Notes: generated from the sequence alone by a model not told the origin. A stretch of DNA of 64,000 bases from Thermodesulfobacteriota bacterium (GCA_965226585.1 OZ245366.1:672001-736000), one strand, 5' to 3'. Positions 1 through 9,333 are shown, counted from the stretch's first letter. Program-made: numbers and translations.

Positions 1-186
1 TGCGGAGTCAAAGACTTCCGCCCTTTCTTCTTCCGTCATTTCCTCAAAGTAGAGGCTTGCCGATTTTTTGAGGTTGGCAAACGCCTCTTCCGCCGTCTCG
101 CCGTAACTTGAAATATCTGTTCCATCAATACGAGATGTGAAGGCATCACCGTCTCGCCACACAATAACACGACACTGTTTTTCCAT
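1..186 (-). CDS. hicB: HicB-family type II antitoxin, partial (runs off the window; absent from the ORF track)
   Basis: Manual translation MEKQCRVIVWRDGDAFTSRIDGTDISSYGETAEEAFANLKKSASLYFEEM... carries the HicB GxTxEEAxxNLxxAxxLY motif; AAGGAGG RBS 7 nt upstream. Confidence 0.75.
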   Translation of the reverse strand, partial: MEKQCRVIVWRDGDAFTSRIDGTDISSYGETAEEAFANLKKSASLYFEEMTEEERAEVFDSA

Positions 187-210
187 AGCCATTCCTCCTT
201 AACGCAGTTA

Positions 211-240
211 ATTGTAAGCGGAGAGTATGTTACCTGTCAA
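211..240 (-). promoter_or_regulatory. Sigma70-type promoter of hicB
   Basis: TTGACA (240-235), 18 nt spacer, TACAAT (216-211) on the minus strand. Confidence 0.6.
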
Positions 241-247
241 TCAGAAG

Positions 248-490
248 TCCGCAGGAATGACGCTTCCCCCTCCGTCATTCCGTGCCTGTCTCCTTCCCGT
301 CATTCCGTGCCTGACACGGAATCCAGTATTCAACTGGTTAATCAATACTGGATTCCTGCTTTCGCAGGAATGACACTCCCCACTTCCGTCATTCCGTGTT
401 TGTCTCCTTCCCGTCATTCCGTGCTTGACACGGAATCCAGTATTCAACTGGTTAATCAATACTGGATTCCTGCTTTCGCAGGAATGACGG
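248..490 (+). repeat. Palindromic repeat cluster 1: full 76-bp units at 299-374 and 413-488 plus partial arms
   Basis: Unit GTCATTCCGTGCYTGACACGGAATCCAGTATTCAACTGGTTAATCAATACTGGATTCCTGCTTTCGCAGGAATGAC read directly. Confidence 0.95.
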
Positions 491-509
491 GGAGGGTAGC
501 AAAACCGGC

Positions 510-869
510 TTACCCTTTCAAATTCCTTCTAATATAAACCACTGCAAACAACACGCCGATAGCGGCGGCGGTTATGGGGAACAGCCATACCACAAGGTTA
601 AACCCTTTCAGCGGCGGTTCGGCGAGGATGCCGTCGCCGTATTTCGTGCGGAACCATGAGATAATCTCCTCATCGGAAACGCCTTCTGATACCTTTCTTT
701 TTATGATTTCACGCATATCCCGCGCAAGCTGGGCGTTTGATTCGGCAACAGATTGCCCCGCGCATACCGGACACATCAACTGCCGCGCAATGGCGTCCAC
801 ACGGTCTGCCTGCGTTTCCGCCGAAACGGGAAGGGCGATTAGACAGATAAGTAAAAGGAGTTTCATCAT
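510..869 (-). CDS. ccmH: Cytochrome c biogenesis protein CcmH/CycL
   Basis: Signal peptide, LMCPVCAGQSVAESNAQLARDMR (LRCxxC-type) motif, YGDGILAEPP, C-terminal TM helix. Confidence 0.9.
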   Translation of the reverse strand: MMKLLLLICLIALPVSAETQADRVDAIARQLMCPVCAGQSVAESNAQLARDMREIIKRKVSEGVSDEEIISWFRTKYGDGILAEPPLKGFNLVVWLFPITAAAIGVLFAVVYIRRNLKG

Positions 870-872
870 TTT

Positions 873-1289
873 TCAGGGGGAGATAACTTGAAGATTTGGA
901 AAGTACGGCTTGAAGGTCTGTTTGTCTCGTGTGAGCAGTGTCCACCCCATTACATCGGCGTGCGCGCCTATGTAGAAATCGGGCATTACGGAAGCTTTTA
1001 TCTTGCCCCTGTTTTGTTTTTTGTATAAGCGATAACTTTGTCCGGCAACAAAAGCGGCATCGTACGGGAGATACTCTTTTTGAAAGAGATTTGTTGAGAG
1101 GAATTTGTCCAATTCTGAAGCATTGCTGAAAGATGCGGAGATTTCGGCGTAAATGATAGGGTTAACCACAAGTGTTGAGTCTTTAAGTGCTTTTTCAATG
1201 GCATTGCGAGTCCAGTTTATCCATTGAGTCTCTTCCTTAAGCAGGTCGATTATAACGTTACTGTCAACAAGTGTGGGTGGCATTTGCAT
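873..1289 (-). CDS. vapC: PIN-domain VapC toxin
   Basis: LVDSNVIID, IIYAE and PDFYIGAHA...LLTRD PIN motifs. Confidence 0.92.
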   Translation of the reverse strand: MQMPPTLVDSNVIIDLLKEETQWINWTRNAIEKALKDSTLVVNPIIYAEISASFSNASELDKFLSTNLFQKEYLPYDAAFVAGQSYRLYKKQNRGKIKASVMPDFYIGAHADVMGWTLLTRDKQTFKPYFPNLQVISP

Positions 1290-1301
1290 TGTGTGTGTGG
1301 C

Positions 1302-1727
1302 TCAATCCCAGGGCCAAGTTTTGATCCATGCGTCAATCTCTTCACGGGACAAGGGCTTTCCCTGCCTGTGTTTGGGTCTGGGGGGTCTGGGAGGGATGTT
1401 AGGTTTGATGTCATCACCCACCTCGTTCACCTTTCTGCCTCTCATCATCAGCATAACTTCGTCAGCACTTGGGATATCGCCTCTGTCTTTCAATCTCTTC
1501 GACCATTTCTTAAAGTGCGCAACTATGTCTTTGCCACGCGAGTCGGGGCTTTTTTCGCGCAGTTCCTGTGCCTTCTCACCTTGAGTTTGGTCTTTATAGG
1601 CGGGCTTTTTGACGATTTTGACTTCGTTTCCGTCCATAACAACATCCACTTCGGTATCGGGCGAAAGCCCCGCTTTCTCTCGTATCTCAGCGGGTATTGT
1701 TATCTGTCCCTTTTTTGTTATACGCAT
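1302..1727 (-). CDS. vapB: AbrB/MazE/SpoVT-type antitoxin (VapB) with C-terminal extension
   Basis: MRITKKGQITIPAEIREKAGL AbrB motif; GGAG RBS; directly upstream of vapC. Confidence 0.85.
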   Translation of the reverse strand: MRITKKGQITIPAEIREKAGLSPDTEVDVVMDGNEVKIVKKPAYKDQTQGEKAQELREKSPDSRGKDIVAHFKKWSKRLKDRGDIPSADEVMLMMRGRKVNEVGDDIKPNIPPRPPRPKHRQGKPLSREEIDAWIKTWPWD

Positions 1728-1754
1728 ATCTCCACTCCTTGAGTTAATGTAGCG

Positions 1755-1792
1755 AGTATTTTGAAAGTAATACTTTTAGGTTGATTGGTCAA
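1755..1792 (-). promoter_or_regulatory. vapBC promoter with overlapping inverted-repeat operator
   Basis: TTGACC-17 nt-TACTTT on the minus strand; AGTATT-N8-AATACT inverted repeat (1755-1774) overlaps the -10 box. Confidence 0.55.
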
Positions 1793-1882
1793 GTTAGGGA
1801 AGGGTGAAACCAAACAATGCGGTATAATAACGCGAGATTACCGCCTTCCGTGAAAATCACGAGTGCGTAGGACAAATAATAA

Positions 1883-2779
1883 ATGAATGACAATCTGCCT
1901 TTGGTTAGCGTTGCTCTACATTCATACAACCAGAAAGACTGGTTGGTAGAGTGCATAGAGTCCATATTGGCGCAGGACTATCCTAATATGGAAATCGTTG
2001 TTGCCGATGATGGTTCTACTGACGGTTCTCAAGATGTGCTTCGTGAATACGAAAAAAAATATCCCGACAAGTTTGTTTTGTGCCTTTCCGATAAAAATCG
2101 TGGAATTGCAGATAATTGTAATATGGCTCTCTCCAACTGTAAAGGTAAATACATGGCGCACTTTGACGGAGACGATGTAATGTTGCCCGGAAAGATTTCA
2201 AAACAGGTTGCCTTTATGGAACAAAATCCCGATTGCGTAATTTGTTATCACAACATGGAAGTTTTTAATTCTGACACAGGGGATAGATTAGGGCTCTACT
2301 ATAATAAAAAAAGAAGTATGGACGGGGATGTAAGAATGGTTTTGAAGTATGGATCTCTGATTGGCACAAGTATGTTTCGGGCGGATGATGTGCCAAAGCA
2401 TGGTTTCAACCTAAACCTTCCCGGAGAACCGGGGTGGCTTTTTATGATTGAAACTTTGGCGAACGGGGGAACTGTAAATTACATTGACGAGGCACTTGGG
2501 ATATACAGAAGACACTCTGGTAACGCTTCCGCGCCATCAGAATATGTAAGTCAAAATGATTTGGATTCCCTGAACACATGCAACATTGTTATTGCGAAAT
2601 ACCCCGTCTTTTTTAACGAGGCGGTGTATGTATATGCAAGGCGTCTTTACAAACTTCGTAAGAAAAAGGGATTTAATTACAGGTCTGTTCTGATGTCAAG
2701 TTTGAGATTAAAATTCCGACTGTTCGTTTTTCTTCGGTTGCTTGGATATATCCTTTCATTTGGTTTTGTTAAATCTTGA
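1883..2779 (+). CDS. Glycosyltransferase family 2
   Basis: VSVALHSYN, EIVVADDGSTDGS, FDGDD (DxD) and YRRH motifs. Confidence 0.93.
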   Translation: MNDNLPLVSVALHSYNQKDWLVECIESILAQDYPNMEIVVADDGSTDGSQDVLREYEKKYPDKFVLCLSDKNRGIADNCNMALSNCKGKYMAHFDGDDVMLPGKISKQVAFMEQNPDCVICYHNMEVFNSDTGDRLGLYYNKKRSMDGDVRMVLKYGSLIGTSMFRADDVPKHGFNLNLPGEPGWLFMIETLANGGTVNYIDEALGIYRRHSGNASAPSEYVSQNDLDSLNTCNIVIAKYPVFFNEAVYVYARRLYKLRKKKGFNYRSVLMSSLRLKFRLFVFLRLLGYILSFGFVKS

Positions 2780-2834
2780 TTCAATAACTTGGGTAACTAA
2801 TGATTTTTCAACAAATAAAAAAGGAAAGAAACAA

Positions 2835-3734
2835 ATGAACAGTGATAGATTACCTTTGGTTAGCGTTGCCCTGAACTCATTTAACCGAAAAAAGTGGTTG
2901 GTAGAGTGCGTAGAGTCCATATTGGCGCAGGATTATCCTAATATGGAAATCGTTGTTGCCGATTGCTCAACAGATGGCTCCCAAGATGTGCTTCGTGAAT
3001 ATGAGAAAAAATATCCCGACAGATTTGTTTTATGTCTTTCCGATAAAGATCTTGGAATTGCAGGAACTTTCAATCTGGCATTTTCCAACTGTAAAGGCAA
3101 ATACATAGCGCAATTTGACGAAGATAATTTAATGTTGCCCGGAAAGATTTCAAAGCAAGTTGCTTTTATGGAGAAAAATCCTGACTGTGTAATTTGTTAT
3201 CATAACATGGAACTTTTTGACTCTGACACAGGGAATTTATTGGGGCTGTCTAATGACAAAAGAAGCAATATGGACGGCGATGTGAAAAGGGTTTTGAGGT
3301 ATGGAGGTATAAGTATGCCTTCAACTATGTTCCGGATGGACAGCATACCAAAAAACGGTTTTAACCTGACACTTCCCATTGCACCTGATTGGCTTTTCAC
3401 TATTGAAACTTTGGTGGGTGGGGGAACTGTCAATTATATTGACGAGGTGCTTGTGAGATACAGGAGGCATGCCAACAACGCTTCCATGCCATCGGAACAT
3501 ATAGACCAACTCGCTTTGGATGTTTTGAATACATGCAACATTATGATTGCGAAATACCCTCATTTTTTCAACGAGGCAATAGACATTTACGCAAGGCGTC
3601 TTTACAAGATTCGTAATAAAAAAGGAGTTCCTTACAGGTCTGCTCTAATATCAAGTTTGAGATTGAGGTTCCGGCTACCCGTTTTTTCTCGGCTGGTTAG
3701 ACATCTTCTTTCATTTGGCTTGATTAGATCCTAA
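2835..3734 (+). CDS. Glycosyltransferase family 2 (tandem paralogue)
   Basis: Colinear with the preceding GT2; start moved to ATG 2835 (MNSDRLPLVSVAL matches MNDNLPLVSVAL). Confidence 0.92.
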   Translation: MNSDRLPLVSVALNSFNRKKWLVECVESILAQDYPNMEIVVADCSTDGSQDVLREYEKKYPDRFVLCLSDKDLGIAGTFNLAFSNCKGKYIAQFDEDNLMLPGKISKQVAFMEKNPDCVICYHNMELFDSDTGNLLGLSNDKRSNMDGDVKRVLRYGGISMPSTMFRMDSIPKNGFNLTLPIAPDWLFTIETLVGGGTVNYIDEVLVRYRRHANNASMPSEHIDQLALDVLNTCNIMIAKYPHFFNEAIDIYARRLYKIRNKKGVPYRSALISSLRLRFRLPVFSRLVRHLLSFGLIRS

Positions 3735-3742
3735 CTTGACAT

Positions 3743-4654
3743 ATGAACCAACTGACAACATACGCAAAAGTGGCGGCGTTAAGTCTGAAATGGGCGGTTA
3801 TGGAACTGTTCTTTACTCTGCTTGTTCTGCCGAGCCGCCTTTTCCATCTCGCCGGATTGAACACATCACCGAGGGAACAGAAAATAGTTGTTTCTATGAC
3901 TTCCATTCCCCCGCGCCTTCCGTTTATTCACCTAGCGATAGAAAGCGTTATGCGGCAAACCGTCAAACCGGACAGGATTGTCCTTTGGCTTTCAAAGGAA
4001 TACAAAAAGCCGGAGTTCGGCGGCTTTGACTGGCAAAACCTTCCCGCCTCACTAACAAATCTTGAATCAAGGGGTTTGGGAATTGCTTTCACCGAAGACA
4101 TAGGACCTTTCCAAAAGTTGATTCCTTCATTAAAACGGTTCCCTGATGACATTGTGATTACAATGGATGACGATGTGTTTTACCACTCAGACACAATAGA
4201 AAAACTGTATAAGGCATACCTGAAAAACGGGGCGGATTTTGTCTATTGCAGACGCAGTAAAATAATTAGGGTTGCAAATGACGGCGGTTTTGAACCTTAT
4301 GGAGACTGGCAACTTTCTTATTCGCCTGAGGACAATGGAAAAAATCTGTTTTTTACCGGAACCGGAGGGGTGTTATATCCTCCTCACGCGCTTGATGAAG
4401 ATGTGTTTCGTGAAGATTTGTTTTCTGAACTCACCCCGAACAATGACGATATATGGTTTCATGCTATGTCACTAAAAGCCGGGAAATCTACTTTTCAAGT
4501 TGAAGGAAAGGAACCTAAGCGGTTAAAAACAGCAAAGGTCTTTGCGCTTGGGAAAAAGAACCTTCACCAGAATGAAAACGATCCGAAGTTGAAAGCGGTT
4601 TTTGACCATTACAATCTTTATGGGAAATTAAAGAAAAATGACGGAAACGCCTAA
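3743..4654 (+). CDS. GT-A fold glycosyltransferase-like protein
   Basis: VVSMTSIPPRL, QTVKPDRIVLWL, ITMDDDVFY, TGTGGVLYPP and DDIWF motifs. Confidence 0.8.
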   Translation: MNQLTTYAKVAALSLKWAVMELFFTLLVLPSRLFHLAGLNTSPREQKIVVSMTSIPPRLPFIHLAIESVMRQTVKPDRIVLWLSKEYKKPEFGGFDWQNLPASLTNLESRGLGIAFTEDIGPFQKLIPSLKRFPDDIVITMDDDVFYHSDTIEKLYKAYLKNGADFVYCRRSKIIRVANDGGFEPYGDWQLSYSPEDNGKNLFFTGTGGVLYPPHALDEDVFREDLFSELTPNNDDIWFHAMSLKAGKSTFQVEGKEPKRLKTAKVFALGKKNLHQNENDPKLKAVFDHYNLYGKLKKNDGNA

Positions 4655-5954
4655 CGAAAGAAAGAGCCTGCTGAAAGATATGTCATGGCTTTTCAGCGGC
4701 GAAATGGGAAGGTCTCTCTTTGCCGGTTTGGAGACTATTCTCCTTGCCCACTTGCTTGGTCTTGAACAGTTTGGTCTGTTTGCCCTTGTGCTTGCGTTTG
4801 TGGGAATTGTCAACACTCTGATTGATTTTAATGTTACGGAAGCCGTTGTTAAGTATGTCGGGCAGTATCGTGAGAGAAAGGATAAGGAAAAAACCCTTTC
4901 ATTTGTCAAACTTTTCTACTTTGTTGATTTTATTTCCGGTGTCGCGGCGTTTGCCGTGGCAATTCTGCTTGCCGGTGTTGCTAACGAGTTTTTCATCAAA
5001 TCTGAAAACACTTTTGAACTGATATTTATCTACTCCTTCTACCTTCTTGTTGTAACCGTCAACAACAACTCCAAGTCGCTTCTTACTGTCTTTCAGCAGT
5101 TTAACAGGGTGGCATTTCTTGATATGGTGAGTGCCGGAATCAGGTTTGCGTTTGTTGCCATTGCCCTTCTTATGGGTTTTGGAGTAAAAGGCGCGTTGTT
5201 CGCGTATGTGGCGGCAGGATTTATAAACTTTGTTATCCTTCAGTTTTTTGTGAACCGTGCCTTGAAAGATGAAGGTTTGGGCGGGTGGTTGTTCGCAAAA
5301 CTCGGAGATGTAAAGGATGAGTTCAGAGGTGTTGCGTCTTTTATTCTGAACTCAACGGTTGTCCATTTTGTCGGCAATGTTTTTAGCAGAGATTTTCCGA
5401 TACTGATTCTCGGAAATCTGTTTGGCAATGAAGTTTCAGGTCTTTACAAAACGGCGGCGGTTGTTTCCAAAATAATCGGAAGATTAATTGCGCCGATGAC
5501 AAAAGTTTTATATCCCGCTCTTGTGCGTCTTGAAGAACGAAAGTCATACAACGATTTCAGATACATAGTTTCGTACTCAATGAAGTTGCTGGTGATGTTC
5601 GTTGTTCCGGTTAGTGCGATATGCTTTTTGTTTGCCACTGATATTATCCGTATCTTTTTTGGCGCGGAATATGTCGGCGCGGCAAACGCGATGAAAATTA
5701 TTGTTATCGCCGAACTGTTGTTCGGCATTACATTCTGGGTTTCCAGTGTTCTTCTTGCTCTTGGAATGGTGTGGTTCAGAACAGGACTTGCTCTTGTTGA
5801 TACTTTACTCTATGTCGTTGCGTTGTTTATTCTTGCTCCCGTCTATTCACTTGAAGGCGCGGCTTTTGCCAAACTTGTTCCTTTCCTGACTGTTCTGTTC
5901 GTTGCTCTTTTCCTTTTCAGGGAGATAAAGAAAAGAGGCAACAAAGGTCTTTAA
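4638..5954 (+). CDS. Wzx-like oligosaccharide flippase (MOP superfamily)
   Basis: Multiple TM helices, LAHLLGLEQFGLF and SGLYKTA motifs, polysaccharide-locus context. Confidence 0.88.
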   Translation: MTETPNERKSLLKDMSWLFSGEMGRSLFAGLETILLAHLLGLEQFGLFALVLAFVGIVNTLIDFNVTEAVVKYVGQYRERKDKEKTLSFVKLFYFVDFISGVAAFAVAILLAGVANEFFIKSENTFELIFIYSFYLLVVTVNNNSKSLLTVFQQFNRVAFLDMVSAGIRFAFVAIALLMGFGVKGALFAYVAAGFINFVILQFFVNRALKDEGLGGWLFAKLGDVKDEFRGVASFILNSTVVHFVGNVFSRDFPILILGNLFGNEVSGLYKTAAVVSKIIGRLIAPMTKVLYPALVRLEERKSYNDFRYIVSYSMKLLVMFVVPVSAICFLFATDIIRIFFGAEYVGAANAMKIIVIAELLFGITFWVSSVLLALGMVWFRTGLALVDTLLYVVALFILAPVYSLEGAAFAKLVPFLTVLFVALFLFREIKKRGNKGL

Positions 5955-5988
5955 CAAGTATAAAATAATGCCACAGGAGAAAATTTAG

Positions 5989-6873
5989 ATGGGATTAGGA
6001 GTAAAAATTCGTTTGCTGTTAGGATACCGTGCGTTGAATTTCTTCACGTATTTCTTTCCTTCTCTTATACCCGTCAGGTCATTGCGAAGACGGTTTCGCA
6101 GTTGGATTGACGGAGGCGTGAAGGATTTGCATCGGTTGCGTTATCTTGGCGACTTTGAACTTAAAGAGATAGATGGAGTAACCGTTGCAGTCAGGGATGA
6201 TGTTTCTTTGGGTTGTATTACAACAGGACGCGCATCTACTGAAGCGTCTATAGTATTTGGTGGTGATTACCATTTCGCAACACAAGGGCGTGTAATTGTC
6301 ATTGATATAGGTATGAATTTTGGTTTCGCGTCATTGTATTTTGCATTACGCGATAATGTGGAAGCGGTTTATGGATTTGAGCCAGTTCCCACGATGTATA
6401 AATACGCATCTTTCAACTTCCGAATTAATCCGAAATGTGTTGATAAGATACAAGCATTTAACTATGGTCTTGGCGATAGTGAAAAGGAAGTAACGATTGA
6501 TTTTTCTGAGTCCATGAGCGGAAGCACTTCCACAATCGCGAACCCTCCCGAAGATCTTTTAGTAGAAATGCAACATCATCAAAGCAGTAAAATCTCCGTG
6601 CAAATCAAAGATGCCGCCACTGAAATTGGTAACATTATCAAACACCATCCGAATGAGAGGGTTGTCATTAAATGTGATTGCGAAGGTGCTGAAAAAGAGA
6701 TTTTTGCGCGACTTGACAAAGAAGGGTTGCTATCCGCAATTGACATTATTCTGATGGAATACCATTTTGAATACGATCAGTTTATTACGCCCTTGCTGGA
6801 TAAATACGGCTTTTCATATTTCAAGCGTAACGACAGCACCACAGCAGGGCTTATTCGTGCGGTAAAGACTTAA
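5989..6873 (+). CDS. FkbM-family methyltransferase
   Basis: IDIGMNFGFASLYFA, YGFEPVP and IKCDCEGAE motifs. Confidence 0.9.
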   Translation: MGLGVKIRLLLGYRALNFFTYFFPSLIPVRSLRRRFRSWIDGGVKDLHRLRYLGDFELKEIDGVTVAVRDDVSLGCITTGRASTEASIVFGGDYHFATQGRVIVIDIGMNFGFASLYFALRDNVEAVYGFEPVPTMYKYASFNFRINPKCVDKIQAFNYGLGDSEKEVTIDFSESMSGSTSTIANPPEDLLVEMQHHQSSKISVQIKDAATEIGNIIKHHPNERVVIKCDCEGAEKEIFARLDKEGLLSAIDIILMEYHFEYDQFITPLLDKYGFSYFKRNDSTTAGLIRAVKT

Positions 6874-6906
6874 GATGTTTGGTTGAGTGTTGAGCGTCAA
6901 CTGTCT

Positions 6907-8052
6907 TTATACTTCCGCTACTTCCTTAAACAGCAAGTAATGTTTTTCCGTCATCACTTCAATGCTGAAAAGATCTCCCGCCCGTTTCGCGGCATTCTCG
7001 CCCATCTGTTTCGCAAGTTCGGGATTTTCTATCAGTTTCAAAATACCTTCCGCCATTTTCTCCGCATTCCCCACAGGAACAAGTATTCCGCTTTTCCCAT
7101 CCTCTATAATTTCATTTGCCCCAAACTTATAATCAGTCGAAACACAGGGAGTTCCAAGCGTTTGAGCCTCAACTACTGTTATTCCAAATCCCTCATAAAT
7201 TGATGATGACACATATACATCCGCCGCCTTCATAAACGGATACGGGTTTGTATCCTCTCCGGCAAAAGAAATATGCCCCGTCAGGTTGAGGTTTCTTATC
7301 ATTGCCATCAGTTTGGCTTTTTCGCTTTCCGTCTCCCGCCCACCAACTATGATTAACCTTGCGTCCGTTTTGTTACGCAAAATATCAAACGCCCCGATAA
7401 GCGTTCCAAAATCCTTTTGAGCCACTATTCTGCCGACCGACACGACAAGCGGGGTTTCTTTGTTTTCAATCCACGGATGACTCGCGGTTTCTCCGCTCTT
7501 TTCTCTCACTTCTTTAATGTCAATTCCGTTGTGAATTGCGGGGGGTTTTTCCTTCAAGTTCCAGTATTTACGGGAAAACTCCGCAAGTTCCGAAGATACC
7601 GCGACAACTACGGATGCCAGCCTTTTCGCCGTTTTAAGCACAAAATAACTCTGCCACTTCCACGACTGGCTGTCGTTTATCCTCGCCTCAGGGTTGTTCA
7701 TCTCCACAACAATAACGGGAACACCCAGCACCTTTCCGGCAATTACAGACGGCAAATTCATTACATGAGAATAAATTAAATCGGCTTCAATTTCCCTTGC
7801 GGCGCGGATTAAAGACAAGGTTCTGAAAACCGTTTTTATAAACGGAATTTTCGGCGGCGGGGTTTTCGGAAAAAAAACGGTCTTTTTCATTTCAGGCGGC
7901 AAATCTTTGTAAAACCCGTCCGTCTCTTTTCCCTCTGCCGCAAAAATAAAGGTTTCCGTGTTGTGATTTTCCCTCAACCCCCTCGCCAGATTCACAATAA
8001 CCTTCTCCGCCCCGCCCGGAATCAGATGATACGCCGTAAGTAAAACCCTCAA
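6907..8052 (-). CDS. Glycosyltransferase family 4 (GT-B)
   Basis: GGAEKV, SVGRIVAQKDF and EGFGITVVEA motifs; extended -10 TGGTATAAT at 8114-8106 upstream. Confidence 0.92.
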   Translation of the reverse strand: MRVLLTAYHLIPGGAEKVIVNLARGLRENHNTETFIFAAEGKETDGFYKDLPPEMKKTVFFPKTPPPKIPFIKTVFRTLSLIRAAREIEADLIYSHVMNLPSVIAGKVLGVPVIVVEMNNPEARINDSQSWKWQSYFVLKTAKRLASVVVAVSSELAEFSRKYWNLKEKPPAIHNGIDIKEVREKSGETASHPWIENKETPLVVSVGRIVAQKDFGTLIGAFDILRNKTDARLIIVGGRETESEKAKLMAMIRNLNLTGHISFAGEDTNPYPFMKAADVYVSSSIYEGFGITVVEAQTLGTPCVSTDYKFGANEIIEDGKSGILVPVGNAEKMAEGILKLIENPELAKQMGENAAKRAGDLFSIEVMTEKHYLLFKEVAEV

Positions 8053-8126
8053 TGTAATACCACCAATACCGGATTCCTGATTTCTGCATAGCCCATATCG
8101 CGCCTATTATACCAACAAACCACCCT

Positions 8127-8356
8127 TTCCGTGCCTGTCTCCTTTCCGTCATTCCGTGCCTGACACGGAAACCAGTATTCAACCGGTTAAACAATACTGG
8201 ATTCCTGCTTCCGCAGGAATGACGAAGGGGAGTGTCATTCCGTGCTTGACACGGAAACCAGTATTCAACTGGTTAACCAATACTGGATTCCTGCTTCCGC
8301 AGGAATGACGAAGGGGGGCAGGAATGACGGGGAGGGGCGGGAGTGACGGGGAGGGG
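8127..8356 (+). repeat. Palindromic repeat cluster 2: units at 8148-8223 and 8234-8309 plus partial arms
   Basis: Two 76-bp units at an 86-bp period. Confidence 0.95.
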
Positions 8357-8926
8357 CTAAGCCGCGACTCGCTTTGCTTCTTGAAAAGCAATCGGGTCGA
8401 GAGTATGCTCCGCACCGGTTGTCCATTTCTCAACGGATTCTGATATTAAGGCAACCGCCAAAATAACAGGCACAAAGGGAGCAAGAAGTATCAGCAACAA
8501 CGGAGAAGTTCTGAGAATATGCTTTCCGACCTCTGTTGACATGCGTTCAAAGTACTTCAATATTACTTTCTGAACTTCAGGGCTCAACAAATCAATTTCG
8601 CCATTTAACCTGTCCGTAAACGCCCGCCCCTCGCGCTCAACACGTTTTCTCTCAAACAGAAAGGTTAAGAGAAGACCAAGCAACGTTATCTTGCCCGCAA
8701 AACGTATGTAGCCGTTCATCAGCGTTCTGAGAGTTCCGTATGCGGGGTGGTTGAAGTCAATGTTGCCATCTGCGGCGTAGTCAAACATCTCATCCCTGAT
8801 TTCAAAAATTCTCTGTTTGAAGCCGTCAACAAGGGCGCGTTTGAGACCGAAAGACCAGACAGCCCAGGTGATTAAAAGAATTAAAAACGAAAACATTACA
8901 TTTGCTTTTTCAGCAGTAAATTCCAT
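8357..8926 (-). CDS. Hypothetical membrane protein
   Basis: 189 aa, three hydrophobic segments, conserved-looking RIFEIRDEMFDYAADGNIDFNHPAYGTLR block; GGGG RBS; 1 nt from the upstream gene. Confidence 0.75.
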   Translation of the reverse strand: MEFTAEKANVMFSFLILLITWAVWSFGLKRALVDGFKQRIFEIRDEMFDYAADGNIDFNHPAYGTLRTLMNGYIRFAGKITLLGLLLTFLFERKRVEREGRAFTDRLNGEIDLLSPEVQKVILKYFERMSTEVGKHILRTSPLLLILLAPFVPVILAVALISESVEKWTTGAEHTLDPIAFQEAKRVAA

Positions 8927-8927
8927 A

Positions 8928-9260
8928 TTAAACCCCTTTGGTAGCGGCTCCGTCCGCCGCCCCTATGCTACCGGAACTTCTGGAATCGTCAAACTTTTTC
9001 TCCAGCTCACGTATCCTGTCTTCAAGGTATTTTGTTTTCCACATTCTTATAGACCTTTCGTAGATTGCCCAAGAGAAGAATGCGACACACATGAGTAAAA
9101 GCGAAACCTTTACGCCATCTTTGCTTCCCAATGTTGAGAGGACAACATCAACGACAATACTTGTGTCAGTTCCTTTGATGTCTTTCAGGGTCAGATACGC
9201 AATGTAGAACATGGCAACTCTGCCCGCCTGAACAAGAAATGTTTCAATAGTTTTTCCCAT
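8928..9260 (-). CDS. Hypothetical small membrane protein with coiled-coil tail
   Basis: 110 aa, TM segments followed by YLEDRIRELEKKFDDSRSSG. Confidence 0.7.
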   Translation of the reverse strand: MGKTIETFLVQAGRVAMFYIAYLTLKDIKGTDTSIVVDVVLSTLGSKDGVKVSLLLMCVAFFSWAIYERSIRMWKTKYLEDRIRELEKKFDDSRSSGSIGAADGAATKGV

Positions 9261-9333
9261 GCCGATTTACGACCGGAGCAACTGCTCGGGGGCAATTTTA
9301 ACCCGACAAACTCCCATTTTCAATTCTCAAGCC

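Noticed and set aside
299..374. 76-nt cloverleaf-like unit as a tRNA
   Set aside because: No D-loop GG, no TTCRA T-loop, no 7-nt anticodon loop and no CCA; arm lengths do not fit.
241..537. Short ORFs made of repeat sequence (also at 7892-8433, 10057-10275 and 18510-18695)
   Set aside because: Translations such as YWIPAFAGMT and NTGFRVKHGMT are simply open frames of the intergenic element, with no RBS or other support.
1755..1774. vapBC operator arms AGTATT/AATACT equal the central stem of the repeat
   Set aside because: Only a 6-bp AT-rich match, with different spacing (8 versus 13 nt); likely chance.
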